DNA of 64,000 bases from Armatimonadota bacterium (GCA_041690135.1 JAWLHY010000002.1:944342-1008341); one strand, 5' to 3'; positions 1-11,000 are shown, numbered from the stretch's first letter. Translations and numbers: made by a program. Notes: generated by a model not told the origin, from the sequence alone.

Positions 1-300
1 AAGTTGGACCGGTGGCCCGGCCCCGAAGGCAGCCCGTGGCAGGTATCGCCCAAGCCGTAACACAGAGGATCGGTCAGGACCCCGGATTGGAAGGAATGGG
101 AACGGCGCCCGCACCTTGGGTGAGCAACAGACCGTTCCCTCCTAATCCAAATCCTAATCCTTATCGTAATCGTTACCAGGGGGGAGTGGCAGAGGGGAAG
201 GACACCCGCACCGCGGGACGCGAGACCGCCCTCCACCATTCCCCCGTTCGAGTTCGAGGCAGTGCCGCAGCCGCCGGCTGGCGGAGTGGGAAATCGATCG

Positions 301-2373
301 ATGGCATACGCGCACGCAAAAACCGATAGGCGCCGCATCCGGCGCGGTATGTCCCTCGTGGAGATCCTCGTCGTGCTGGTGATCCTGGTGATCGGGATCT
401 TCGCCATCACGCGTCTCTTTCCCCAGGGCTTCGCCAACCTCAACTTCACGGCCGCGCGCACCCAGGCGACGGCGACCGCGAAGCTGTTCGAGGACTACCT
501 TGCCAAGAACCGCGAGAACCTGCCGGACGCCATCGTGGCGGTCGACCGCGCGACGGGGCTCTTACGGACTGATCTGTCCCCCGCGGAGCTCTACCACCCG
601 AACCCGTACACGGATAACCCGATTAACGGTTATGCGGGTACGCCGCCGGAAGACCCCCGCTACTCCGGCCTGAACGTCGCCCGGCGCGTGATCGGCGAGC
701 AGTTCAAGATCGCCCCGCCCACGGTGGCCTATGGACCGAACGCGGAGACCGTCTCCCTCTACCGGCCGCTCTTCGGGCCCATCTACGCTGCGGCGCCAAT
801 GGGGGTTGCCAGCCTCGGTGTTGCGGCCTACAGCGGCACTCCAATGGAGCGGGTTGTCGGCCAGAACCCGCTCTCGCGGGAGAACGAGGAAGAGATCCTG
901 ACGCTGGGCGTGCAGGGCTACGGCGTAGACTACGACCAGGGGCTGCTCTACTTCGTGCCCGCGCCGTACGACCGGTTGTTCAAGATCGAGTTCTCCTACC
1001 GCACCGGGCCCGGCACCGCCAGCCAGACGGTTCCCAACAACAGCATTTTCATTCCTGCCGATCCGAACGCCTTGCCCAACCCCGACCCCGTAACCGGCGC
1101 TATTTCAATCGTGAAGTTTGACCTCCGACAGGCAGATGGTGGAACGGGGTCGGCACAGCCAGGCTTTCTTCCGCTTCCCGGCGGCGCCGTGCTCGATCCC
1201 GGCTCGGATCACCTTTTCCGCCGCTTCAATCAGATCGCGGTGAACACGCCGTTCTCGAACGACCCTTACGAGTTCAAGGTCTACGACACGATCCTCGGCC
1301 TGCTTGGCTTCAACCCCATCAGTGCTTCGATTCCGCTCCCGCACCAGCGCGGCCGGGGGCTCACCGCCCGGATCGATTACGACGTGGACGATTGGGAGAT
1401 CGTGCGCCAGGATGAGGTGGTGCCGCTGGAGCAGCTAGCCCAGACGACCGGAGGCGGTAACGGCTACTACGCGCTCAAGCTCCTCGACGGAGGCATCAAG
1501 CGCTACCTGGACGTGGAAGACACGATCAATTTCATCGGCGCCGGGGGCGGCGGGGTGGACACCACCTTTGAATACCAGGGGCTCATTCGCAACTATCCCG
1601 CCGGCGGAGGGGCCGGCCAGCGGCCGGGGACCCCGGGGGTAGACCTGGTGATCGTCGATCTGCAGACCGGCTACACGATCGACAGCCGCACGCTGCAGAA
1701 GGAAGGGAACAGCTCCAACGGCTTCATCGATTACGACACCGGCGTGGTGCACCTGCGCTACGATCCGGGCAATGCGCCGATGTGGAGCCCCCCGAACGGC
1801 CTCACCGGCAGCGCCGTGCATCTGGCCCCCGCGGGTCGCAACGTCCGGTTGTTCTACCGCACCATCAACGACATGGGCGTCGCGGCGGTAAAACCTTACA
1901 CGCGCTACCTGCTGCAGCCCGCGCTCAACGCCCTTCAGTCCGGCCAGTACTACGCAGGCTACGGGGCGGGTTATTTGCTGTTCCCCCCGACGGATGCGGA
2001 GAAGACGGTGGCGGTCGATTACACCTGGCAGGACGTAGCCGGCCGGATGCACGTGGAAACGGGTGAGTTGCACCGCATCCAGCGCCCGGACTCTCCGCCC
2101 CCGGTGAGCGTGGTGGCTCCGGTGGTTGGCTGCGGGGGAGCGGGTGGCTTCGATCCGGGTCGTCACTGGTGGGTGCGGCTCTCCCACGCCGAAGTGGATT
2201 CCTGCAAGTCTTCCGTGGGAGATCCCAACGCGGACCTGGACGTGCAGCCCGGCACGCTCAAAATCCTGGGTGTCCGCGGTGTTTCCGTCCATACCCGCGT
2301 CACCTGGCGCGACGGCAGCCGCCGCCGGCACCTGGAGCGCGCCACCCTCCTCACCCGGGAGCGGTCACGGTAG
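301..2373 (+). CDS. Large prepilin-type N-terminal cleavage/methylation protein (PilV-like position)
   Basis: Basic leader then RRIRRG|MSLVEILVVLVILVIGIFAI (G-1, E+5, hydrophobic helix). ATG at 301 preferred over the GTG at 262. Confidence 0.85.
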   Translation: MAYAHAKTDRRRIRRGMSLVEILVVLVILVIGIFAITRLFPQGFANLNFTAARTQATATAKLFEDYLAKNRENLPDAIVAVDRATGLLRTDLSPAELYHPNPYTDNPINGYAGTPPEDPRYSGLNVARRVIGEQFKIAPPTVAYGPNAETVSLYRPLFGPIYAAAPMGVASLGVAAYSGTPMERVVGQNPLSRENEEEILTLGVQGYGVDYDQGLLYFVPAPYDRLFKIEFSYRTGPGTASQTVPNNSIFIPADPNALPNPDPVTGAISIVKFDLRQADGGTGSAQPGFLPLPGGAVLDPGSDHLFRRFNQIAVNTPFSNDPYEFKVYDTILGLLGFNPISASIPLPHQRGRGLTARIDYDVDDWEIVRQDEVVPLEQLAQTTGGGNGYYALKLLDGGIKRYLDVEDTINFIGAGGGGVDTTFEYQGLIRNYPAGGGAGQRPGTPGVDLVIVDLQTGYTIDSRTLQKEGNSSNGFIDYDTGVVHLRYDPGNAPMWSPPNGLTGSAVHLAPAGRNVRLFYRTINDMGVAAVKPYTRYLLQPALNALQSGQYYAGYGAGYLLFPPTDAEKTVAVDYTWQDVAGRMHVETGELHRIQRPDSPPPVSVVAPVVGCGGAGGFDPGRHWWVRLSHAEVDSCKSSVGDPNADLDVQPGTLKILGVRGVSVHTRVTWRDGSRRRHLERATLLTRERSR

Positions 2374-2374
2374 G

Positions 2375-2658
2375 GGTGTTCGGGTGTTCAGGTATTCGGG
2401 TGTTCAGGTATTCAGTTACTCGGGCACCTCTTCGGGGCGCGGTCGACGAATCGGCACACAGGATTGAAGAGCTATGAATACACCGGCCAGTAAAAGAGGG
2501 ATGCAGTCCCAGGCGGCGCATCGAAGGGACGGTGGCCGTGCTCAAGGCGCTCCGAGAGCTTCCGCTCCTACGCCAGTGCACAGGCAAATCCAGCCATCCG
2601 CATTGCGGGTAAGCGGTCCGAACACCCGAACACCCGAACACCTGAACACCCGATCACC
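2375..2658. repeat. Inverted pair of 8-mer tandem arrays
   Basis: (ggtgttcg/ggtgttca/ggtattcg)n at 2375-2424 and the complementary (ccgaacac/ctgaacac)n at 2618-2658. Confidence 0.85.
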
Positions 2659-4501
2659 GCGCCTCCGCCGCGCCTTCACCCTCATCGAGCTCCTGGTGGT
2701 GCTGGCGCTCACCGCCATCCTGATGCTCATCCTCTTCGCGCCGCTGTCGCAGAGCCTCGATCTCACGGCGCGGGCCAATGCCAAGGTGGCGGGCCAGGAC
2801 AGCGTGCGGGAAGCGATGCGCCGGGTCGTGCGGGACCTCTCGAACGCGATGGAGGTGTACGACCCGCAGACGGTGGCTCTCTACGGTTTCGACGCCTGGA
2901 CCTACAAGAACAAGCAGTTCGTCCCGGTGACGGGCGCGGTGCCGGAAGCCTACCTCACACGGAACACCCTCATCGCGTTCCGGCTTCCGAAGCACCGGTA
3001 CTACTGCACCCAGGCCGACCACTACGTGACGCCGCAGGATATCGACGCGGTTTACCCGCCTCCGCGCCCCACGGACGACGTGATCGCGCTGGATGTTTGC
3101 CCGCGCCACCCGGGTTCGCCCGCCGAACTCCGCCCGCTCTCGCCGCTGGAGCCGGACGACCGGATCACCGCCTACTTCGTCGGGCTCAAGAATCCGGCGC
3201 CGGCCACGGGCGGCGCGCCGCTGTACGAGAACATCCTCCTCTTCCGGAACACGCGGAACAACGCACTGAACACCTATGCCCTCTACCGGGTGGAGTTCGA
3301 CCCGCGCGGCATGAACGTGGCCGGCACGGCGACCGATGGTAACAGCAACGGCCTGGACGACCGCTACGAGACCTTCCCGCTCTTCGCCCCCACCAACGCG
3401 AGCGCTCCCTACTTCTTCTATGACGCCACCCCGGTGACCGTCACGGTGAACGGGGCCAGCCAGACGAAGCCGCGGTACGAGTGGTGGAAAGACCTCACGG
3501 TCTCCGTGATGGACGCGGAGACCTCCGACGTGGTCCGCTGGGTCGAATCCGCCGGAAAGGCGATCCCGCACTCGCTGGTCTCCTTCCGGCCCGGCCCCTC
3601 GGATGATGAGGTCGCCCAGCCTAACCGGAACGTGGGAAGCTACCTGGTCGACGGTTCCGCTTACTCCTCCAGCTTTGCCCCGTTGGAGTACATCCCGGAC
3701 AACGGCCACTGGACGGGAATCACCTCGGACGGCACCCGTCCGATCCCGGACACGGCACAACTGGCGCCGGAGTTGCCCGTCGGCGCCGGCCACGGTGCGC
3801 GGATTCGTATCCTCGACGGCAGCAACCCGCTGACGATGACCCCGGTCTTCGACACCCAGACCGCCACGCGCAACCGGCTCGTCAGCTTCGACTCCGTGAC
3901 CGGCAAAGTGATCCTCGGCCTGCCCCGGCTGGAAGAGAACGCCGCCAACCCTACGCTCCAGGAGTCCTTCTCCGCGCCGATCGACCTGAATACGTTCACC
4001 GCGGACTTGAAGCAGGACACCGCCGTGTTCGCCAACGGGATGCCCAGCGCCTTTGGGAGTGCCCTCAACCGGTATGGCAATGTCACCCGCATCGTGCCCG
4101 GCTCGGAGTCGGTCCAGGTGATCGACACCAGCGGCGGAGTGACGCAATCCATCCCGTTCCGGCGCGCGGGCTGGAGCTATGGGAACACCAACACCGGCGA
4201 ATTCGTCGCACAACCAGACCTGGCGATGGACGAGTATGCGATCGACTACGTGACCGGGATCGTCACCCTCTCCACCCGGAACCCGAACGACTGGGTGAAC
4301 GTGGGCCCCGGGCAGGCCAATCAGTTGTTGATCCGTTACAAGATCCAGACCAACCAGCCGACCGACGTGGTCCGCGTCAGCTACCTCACCCGAGAGCTGG
4401 CGTCCGTGCATCTCGGCATCGTGCAGTACACCCGCCGCCGGCAGGAAGTGCTGCCGTTCGAAGTCTCCGAGCGCGTGGTCATCCGCAACCTCAAGCGGTA
4501 G
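2474..4501 (+). CDS. Large prepilin-type protein (PilW/GspJ-like position)
   Basis: RRA|FTLIELLVVLALTAILMLILF motif. The start is uncertain because the leader crosses an 8-mer repeat. Confidence 0.85.
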   Translation: MNTPASKRGMQSQAAHRRDGGRAQGAPRASAPTPVHRQIQPSALRVSGPNTRTPEHLNTRSPRLRRAFTLIELLVVLALTAILMLILFAPLSQSLDLTARANAKVAGQDSVREAMRRVVRDLSNAMEVYDPQTVALYGFDAWTYKNKQFVPVTGAVPEAYLTRNTLIAFRLPKHRYYCTQADHYVTPQDIDAVYPPPRPTDDVIALDVCPRHPGSPAELRPLSPLEPDDRITAYFVGLKNPAPATGGAPLYENILLFRNTRNNALNTYALYRVEFDPRGMNVAGTATDGNSNGLDDRYETFPLFAPTNASAPYFFYDATPVTVTVNGASQTKPRYEWWKDLTVSVMDAETSDVVRWVESAGKAIPHSLVSFRPGPSDDEVAQPNRNVGSYLVDGSAYSSSFAPLEYIPDNGHWTGITSDGTRPIPDTAQLAPELPVGAGHGARIRILDGSNPLTMTPVFDTQTATRNRLVSFDSVTGKVILGLPRLEENAANPTLQESFSAPIDLNTFTADLKQDTAVFANGMPSAFGSALNRYGNVTRIVPGSESVQVIDTSGGVTQSIPFRRAGWSYGNTNTGEFVAQPDLAMDEYAIDYVTGIVTLSTRNPNDWVNVGPGQANQLLIRYKIQTNQPTDVVRVSYLTRELASVHLGIVQYTRRRQEVLPFEVSERVVIRNLKR

Positions 4502-4577
4502 TCCTGGAGACCTCACCGCAAAGACGCAAAGGACACGCAAAGGTGCGCGAAGTTGGAAGCAAAAGGCACGGAGCGAT

Positions 4578-4660
4578 GTAGGACGGCGACGTAGGAGCAC
4601 CCGGCGTGGTCGCCCAGTCTTGTGGAACGGCGATGTAGGGGCATCCGCTGTGGTTGCCCT
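4578..4660 (+). repeat. GTAG-led REP-like units
   Basis: GTAG at 4578, 4591 and 4635. The last two are followed by imperfect palindromes (gagcacccggcgtggtcgccc; gggcatccgctgtggttgccc). Confidence 0.55.
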
Positions 4661-4672
4661 GTCTTGAGCCAT

Positions 4673-4798
4673 ATGAGCAAAGTGCAAAAGAGTAGCCGAT
4701 TGGAAGAGCTGCGCAGGCGAGTACTCCAACGAGACAGCTCGCGTATTAACGTCAGAGTGCCCGCGCTGAAGAACGGCATCGTCCGGAGAGTACTATGA
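4673..4798 (+). pseudogene. 41-codon relic ending in a GxxExxY-like C-terminus
   Basis: Manual translation MSKVQKSSRLEELRRRVLQRDSSRINVRVPALKNGIVRRVL*; compare VNFNVERAKDGIHRRVLNL*. Confidence 0.55.
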
Positions 4799-7700
4799 GG
4801 TCCCTCACTCGCTTCCTCTCCTCGCGCGATGCTCAGAGAGAACCCACAGTTATGCGTACGGAGAGCCCAATGCAGACAAAGGTAACCCAAAATCTCCTTT
4901 CCTCTCCGTGTACAACTCCGTGTCTCCGTGTCTCCGTGGTGAAAAAGACCAGGAGGGGCCAGACGGTCATCGTCGCGCTGGCGATTCTCTTCTTGCTGGT
5001 GCTGCTCGGCTCTATCTTCGTCACCAACCTCATCCGCAATCTTCAGCGCAGCACCCGCCAGTCCACCACGGATGAGGCGCTTTCCCTGGCCCTGGCCGGG
5101 ATCCAGTACGCGGGTCAGCAGTTCCGCGCCAGCGAAGAAGGGGCCGACTGGCGACCGCGCCCTTCGGAGCCCCTCTGGCGCACCCCCAACAGCGGCACTC
5201 TGCCGGACCGCCTTCGAGATCCTGACTTCCAGTGGCTCAGCGACAACAACTCGTACAACGCGCCGTACACGCGCATTGATACCGGTGAGGGTCGCTTCCT
5301 CCTCCGGGTGCGCTACGTGCCGCAGTTCAAGGCGGCGAGCGCCGGCAGCACCACGGCGGACGAGTTCGATCCCAACTCCCGCCTGATCCACATCGAATCG
5401 ATCGGGCGGCCGGGCGTGGTGGACCTCAACGACCCCACCACGGTGCGGGATCCTCAAGATGCCCTGGCGGATCCGAACCGGCGCAACGAAGTGAAGGGCG
5501 CCTGGCGCAAGGTGGAAGCTTTCGTGCCGGTGGGGCTCGTGGACCAGCTCTGGTGGGTGACCAACTTCACCAACGAGCGCGGCCCCGCCACCCTCGGCGC
5601 GCCGGCCTTCCGCGACGGCAACGACCGGCTGGTGGAGCCGAACACCTTCTTTCTCGGCAGCATCCGCAGCGACATGGATCTGCAGTTCAACGGCCGTGTG
5701 ACCGTGCGCGTCTACCCGGCCCGTTCGGAAGGGGTGTTCGTCAAGGGCCGCGTGCTCGTCGCTCCCCGCAGCAACCACCAGAACACCACCGCGCCGCAGG
5801 TCGTGATCCAGGTGGCCGACGACACCGGCCAGGCGGGTCCGGTCATTCCGGATGACGCGCAGAACGACGATCCGACCGACGACTCACTGCTCGTGCAGAA
5901 TGCTCCGGAAGGGTTCGCCATCGGGGCGTCCGGCACGCCGCAGTTTAACCCGATCCAGCTCGTCAACAGCGGTCGCTCGACCCGTTACGTCGTGGCGGAT
6001 GAACAGTTCACCCGGGGCGGGACGGCAAACCCGCTGATCCCCGCCGTTTTGAGCACGCGCCAACAGGATGCGCCGAAGCTGGACCAGATCGATCCCGCCA
6101 CCGGTCGCGAGCGCTACCTCCGCCTGACCCGCGACAGCGGCGAAACCATCACCGTGGCTGATGGCGGGGATACTCGTGTGGTCAACACCGGCGCCTACGG
6201 GCTTACGGACGTGAACCCGCCGCCGGACCTCTCTTCCAACCCGCTGACCCCGGCGCAGTGGGAGCGGTACCGCGCGCGCGGGCTCTACCTGGATAACTTC
6301 GGGGATATCCAGTACCCGAACGATCGCCCCAAGGTGAAGAACGAGTGGATGCGCCGCGGCGGTCCTACCCAGGCGAACAAGGGCTGGTTGGGCGACTACT
6401 ACATTCCTACGGTGGACGAGGGAGGCGTGAGCCATCCGGTGGCGGAGATGCTGTTGACCCGGATCATGACCACCGACGTCAACGGCAACCAGGTGGTGCG
6501 GCCCGTGATCCGTATTACGCGGTACGACCTGGATCAGCGCCAGATGAACCTCTCCGGCGCCACCGGCCGGCAGCGCCTGATCTACCGGATCGGCGGGCTC
6601 GACCCGGCGACCGGCCAGGCGACTCTCGTGCCGGTGGGGCAGACCCGCGATTACGATTACCCGCCCAATGGCGTGATCTACGCGGAAGGCAGCATCCGGG
6701 TCCGCGGCGTCAACGGGATGAACCACGATCCCAACAACCCGTCTTCTTTCCCCAAGTCGTTGACCATCGTTTCCGGCGGGACCATCTACATCGACGGCAA
6801 CCTGATGAACAACCGGAACTCGGGGGAGACCACCTCCGGTTGGAAGCTGGCGTTGATGGCGCGCGACTACGTCACTCTCAACCCGACGGCTTTCACCCGT
6901 GTCAATCCTGGTTCCGGCGTGGTGGTCGAGGCGGACGAGTGGGACACCAGCGGCAACGCCTCCAGCTATCACTTCACCGTTCCGCAGGGCAGCAGTTTCG
7001 ATTTCGCGGGTAGCTCGGCCAACCCGCTCAACGACGTGCTGCTGGCGCTGAAGCATTCCGCGCTCCAGCTCGACACCACGTCCGAGACGGCCGTTAACCT
7101 CTACCTTCCGCGCATCGGCGTCGGCTCGCCCAACCCGTGGCCGGACTGGTATGCGGACCGCTACGACTTTGGCGGCTATCCGCCGCCCTGGCCGGCCGCA
7201 CCGCCCGGAACCACGGCCCAGGCCTTCTACCTGTTCCGCCCGCTGTTCGCCGGCACACCCTCTAGCTGGGCCGTCTCCAACTTCCAGTCCGTGGCGGGTA
7301 GCCCGGCCAACTGGGAGCGGAAGGCGTTCTATATCCCCGGCGTCAATTCTCCCGCCGGGCACGAGCCGACGTTCCGCCTCCACGTGGGGCCACAGGACGG
7401 CCCGGACGTCGACGGGGATGGCTTTGCCGATCCGATCATGACGCCGAACGGCCAACCCTACTGGCTCTCCCGCCTGGCGTTGCTGCCCGCCGGCGAGCCG
7501 CTCAAGATCCGGGTCGAAGCCGTGATGTACGCGCAGACCGGCTCCTGGTTCGTGATCCCGCCGCCGTTCTTCAACGACGACCCGGATGACACCCGGACGA
7601 GTTTTGCGGCGGGCAACCCCCGCCCGGTCTCCACGCAGCCGCGGGATTCGGCCGACTACCCGTTCTACAATGAGCCGCTGAACATCGAGATCGAGGTCCT

Positions 7701-8064
7701 GGGGGCCATCTCGGAGAATATTCCGGCCAGCCCCGCGGAACAGGCCGCCTGGACGGGGCGCTTGTGGATGGAGACGGGCTACGACCCGAGCCTCGTCGGC
7801 GCGAACCCGGTGCCCGCGTTCCGGCCCAGCATCCGTTACGTCTACGATGCGAACCTGCGCCGGATGGTGCGCGTCCGAAAGGTGAGGACGGGTGAAGAGG
7901 TGATGGCGTGGGTGGCCCCCGGTGGACCTCGTCCCACGGGTGTGGTTCCTCTCGGTACGTTGCTCAACAACGCGCTCACCACCGAGGACACCTACCTGGA
8001 GACGCTGCCGCTCTTCCCGCGTCTGCCAGCCAGCGCGCTGGTCTATGAAGGCAATCCGCTTTAA
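4795..8064 (+). CDS. Very large PilX/GspK-like pilin-type protein
   Basis: KKTRRG|QTVIVALAILFLLVLLG without E+5, as in PilX/GspK, followed by a typical 'ALSLALAGIQYA' helix. Start uncertain (4795, 4852 or 4870). Confidence 0.75.
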   Translation: MRSLTRFLSSRDAQREPTVMRTESPMQTKVTQNLLSSPCTTPCLRVSVVKKTRRGQTVIVALAILFLLVLLGSIFVTNLIRNLQRSTRQSTTDEALSLALAGIQYAGQQFRASEEGADWRPRPSEPLWRTPNSGTLPDRLRDPDFQWLSDNNSYNAPYTRIDTGEGRFLLRVRYVPQFKAASAGSTTADEFDPNSRLIHIESIGRPGVVDLNDPTTVRDPQDALADPNRRNEVKGAWRKVEAFVPVGLVDQLWWVTNFTNERGPATLGAPAFRDGNDRLVEPNTFFLGSIRSDMDLQFNGRVTVRVYPARSEGVFVKGRVLVAPRSNHQNTTAPQVVIQVADDTGQAGPVIPDDAQNDDPTDDSLLVQNAPEGFAIGASGTPQFNPIQLVNSGRSTRYVVADEQFTRGGTANPLIPAVLSTRQQDAPKLDQIDPATGRERYLRLTRDSGETITVADGGDTRVVNTGAYGLTDVNPPPDLSSNPLTPAQWERYRARGLYLDNFGDIQYPNDRPKVKNEWMRRGGPTQANKGWLGDYYIPTVDEGGVSHPVAEMLLTRIMTTDVNGNQVVRPVIRITRYDLDQRQMNLSGATGRQRLIYRIGGLDPATGQATLVPVGQTRDYDYPPNGVIYAEGSIRVRGVNGMNHDPNNPSSFPKSLTIVSGGTIYIDGNLMNNRNSGETTSGWKLALMARDYVTLNPTAFTRVNPGSGVVVEADEWDTSGNASSYHFTVPQGSSFDFAGSSANPLNDVLLALKHSALQLDTTSETAVNLYLPRIGVGSPNPWPDWYADRYDFGGYPPPWPAAPPGTTAQAFYLFRPLFAGTPSSWAVSNFQSVAGSPANWERKAFYIPGVNSPAGHEPTFRLHVGPQDGPDVDGDGFADPIMTPNGQPYWLSRLALLPAGEPLKIRVEAVMYAQTGSWFVIPPPFFNDDPDDTRTSFAAGNPRPVSTQPRDSADYPFYNEPLNIEIEVLGAISENIPASPAEQAAWTGRLWMETGYDPSLVGANPVPAFRPSIRYVYDANLRRMVRVRKVRTGEEVMAWVAPGGPRPTGVVPLGTLLNNALTTEDTYLETLPLFPRLPASALVYEGNPL

Positions 8065-8075
8065 GGAAACGAGCG

Positions 8076-11000
8076 ATGTACCGAAGACGCCCACTATTTC
8101 CTTTTGGCCCCATCGCCATGCTGCTCATGCTCCTGGGCTCGCTCCAGGTGGCCATGGCGCAGCGATCGCAAGAAGAGCGGCTGCCGGATACGCGCTACCA
8201 GCACGCCCGGCTGCGGCGCCTGAAGGCCTGCGTGCTCCTGGTACCCACGCCCGGCGATCCGGATGCCGGCAGCCAGACGCAGAGCCCCAACCCCAACCCC
8301 TACCTCTTCTATGTGCTGAACGAGCGCTCCGACATGCGCCCGGACGGGTGGCGGTTCTACAACCCGGCCGCGCCGACCTATCCCACGTACCAGCACACGC
8401 TCCGCTGGGGCGCGGGGCTCAGTCCCACCGCGCAGCTCGCATCGGATATGGCGCCGTACTGGGAGGTCGTCCTCAGCGAGGCGAACTACCAGAAGCTCGC
8501 GCAGATGGACGTGATCTACCTTCCGGTGGCCCGCCGGGACAGCAGCGGCAATAACCCGCTTCCCACGCTGTTCACGGAAGAGCAGCGGCAGATCCTGACC
8601 AAGCTCGCCGACGGCGGCGTGACGATCTGGGTGGACTGGGGCTATGAGGCCCAGACGCAGAGTTCCTGGCTCGGCGGAACCAACGGCAGCACCCCGACCA
8701 CGCGGACCCGCAACGGCTTCTTCACCAATCTCGACACCGTCCAGTACGGCGGCGCGGCGGGTGCTCCCACGGTAGGCCACCCGCTGTTGACTGCGCTGTT
8801 CAGCATCCAGCCGACCGAGGCCGTGGAGATCGGCTCCACCTACAGCGGCGCTGCCGGTCCCTCCGACCGCCGGGCCCTGTTGACCCGTATTCCCGGCGAG
8901 CAACCCACCTGCAATTTCACTTCCGTGGTTCCCGTGGGAACCTCGCCCGGCGCCAACACCATGGCGGCCTACGTGGCCGCCGCGCGTTACGGCTCGGGGT
9001 ACGTGGTGGGAACCGCAGGCAATGTGGGCCGGGCCGTCGCCGGGATGATTCCGGCCGGCACGCTGCGGGCCAGCACCGTTACCCCTCGCCCCGATCTCTC
9101 GCAGGCCCAGTATGAGGACCTGAAGTTCGCCTACAACGTTTTCGCCTGGCGCGGAGAGGTGATTGCGGGACAGAAGAACGCCCGCCACACCGCACAGAGC
9201 AGCGTCCAGGTGAACGGGATGATCGAGCAGTGGAACTTCCCGTACCTGGTGCCCGACAGCGGCGGGTATTCCAACTATCCGCCCTCTTCCGTGCCGATCG
9301 GCAACCTGCCGGCGAACCCCGCCGCGCCGCTCGTGGTGGATGGCATCGTCGTGGCCGCCGTGCGGTACTTCGACGGCGGCAACGCCGTCAGCGCTCTGCA
9401 TGCCTTTGAGGCCAACCCGGCGGATGACTTCGACAGCAATGGGTATTCGGACGATCCCGTGAATTCCGGGACCACGGCCGGAAACGCTTACGCCGACATT
9501 GCCATCGGGCAGAACTACGACCGGGTGATGCACGTGGACCTGGGCTCGCCGACCGCGGTGGTCAACGGTCTCACGGTCGGCGAGGTTCCGGACCCCACGG
9601 CCACGATCGCCTCCCAGGGCTCCCGTCCGCTGATCTTCGGGTCGATCGGCAACTTCAGCACGGGCCAGGGGGAGTTGTTCGCCCTGCCCGCCCCGCGGCC
9701 CGGTCTCCTTCCCACGGATTACTGGGGCCCGAGCAACCTCCTGCGCTTTGATAACTCCGTGCTGCGGATGCTCTACACCGGGGCGCCCAGCTTCGTGAAT
9801 ATCCCCGCGCCTATCCCGAGTTCGGGCCCCCCGGTCGTGGCCTCGCAGCTCATCGCGGGCGGCATCAGCCAGTCCGTGGGGATCGCGTCCTCTACCGCCG
9901 GCAAAGTCGCCTCCTACGAGGTGCCCTATACCGGGAACCCCGTGCCCGCCTGGTACTATCCGCCGAACCTGGAAGCGAACCGGCTGGGACCCCCCGTCGG
10001 CCCGGCCGTAACTGCCCAGGTGCAGGACGTCGGCACCGGCGCCATCGACACGATGGTCTTCGTTACCACCGCCGCGGACCCCAACCAGCGGCAGGGTGGG
10101 CAGGTGGCGGGCGACACCAACGGCAAGGTGGAAGGGTTCATCCTCGCTACCAAGGGCGAGTTGCTCGGCTTCCCCACCGCCAACAACCAGCCGAACGCCC
10201 AGACGCCGGATTTCGGACGACGCTTCACGGCGGTCCGCTGGCTCAATATGGCGCCGAACAGCGGACCGGTGCCCCCGGGCCCGGAGCTGGCGTGGGACCC
10301 CACGCGCCACTTTGAAGTGCGGGTGCTCTACAAGGGCACGGGCTACGTGGCGGCGCGCTTCGTGCGCGGGGACGCCGGGTTCCAGCTCCTGACGGACGGC
10401 ACGGGCGGCCAGGTGCTGCTCCCCGCACCCGGAAACCTTACCCCTCCGGCCGGGCTGCCCACGTTCAACGAGCCGGGTCGCCCCACCGTGTGGAACCTGC
10501 GGGACTACGTGCTGGTGGCGGACTACTCCTGGCTGCCCATTCCGGTAGACAACAACCAGGGCCGCACCCTCCGCCCGCGGTTCAGCCCGCCCACCCCCTA
10601 CGTCCGCAACGCCACGGGCGGCATTTCCCCGGTTCAGTTGACCGGCGTGGCGGGCGGCGTGTCGGTGGGCAAGGACAACCTGGTCTACTACGGCACCGGC
10701 AACGGGTACATGTGCGCCGTGGAATGGCGGCGCGGTCGCCCGCAGTTCCGCTGGAAGTTCCGCTCGCTGGAGTACCAGAACGGGTCCGGAACGATCAGCG
10801 ACATGAACGACCTCAACCCGGCGAGCCCCAACTACCTGGATGATTTCGTCTTCTCGGCCGCTCCGGCAGCCGGCGACCGGATCGTCTTCGCGTCTCGCGG
10901 TAAGGGTCTGGCTCCCGGCACCGCCTACGTCTTCGATCCCGACGCCACCGTGCGCTTCAAACTGCCGCTCCCGAACGACCCGATGACCGGGTCTCCCCTG

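Larger units (their letters stand above)
4513..4942 (+). mobile_element. Degenerate GxxExxY-type inverted-repeat cassette
   Basis: Left arm tcaccgcaaagacgcaaag, right arm ctccgtgtctccgtggtga. The interior encodes INVRVPALKNGIVRRVL*, resembling the C-terminus of the GxxExxY protein at 41430-41813. Confidence 0.6.

Noticed and set aside
12-329. 105-aa ORF at the window start
   Set aside because: Low-complexity, crosses a 6-mer repeat and overlaps the real gene start.
4703-4740. ELRRRVLQRD resembling the start of an HNH nuclease
   Set aside because: No CxxC or HNH residues follow; too short to support.
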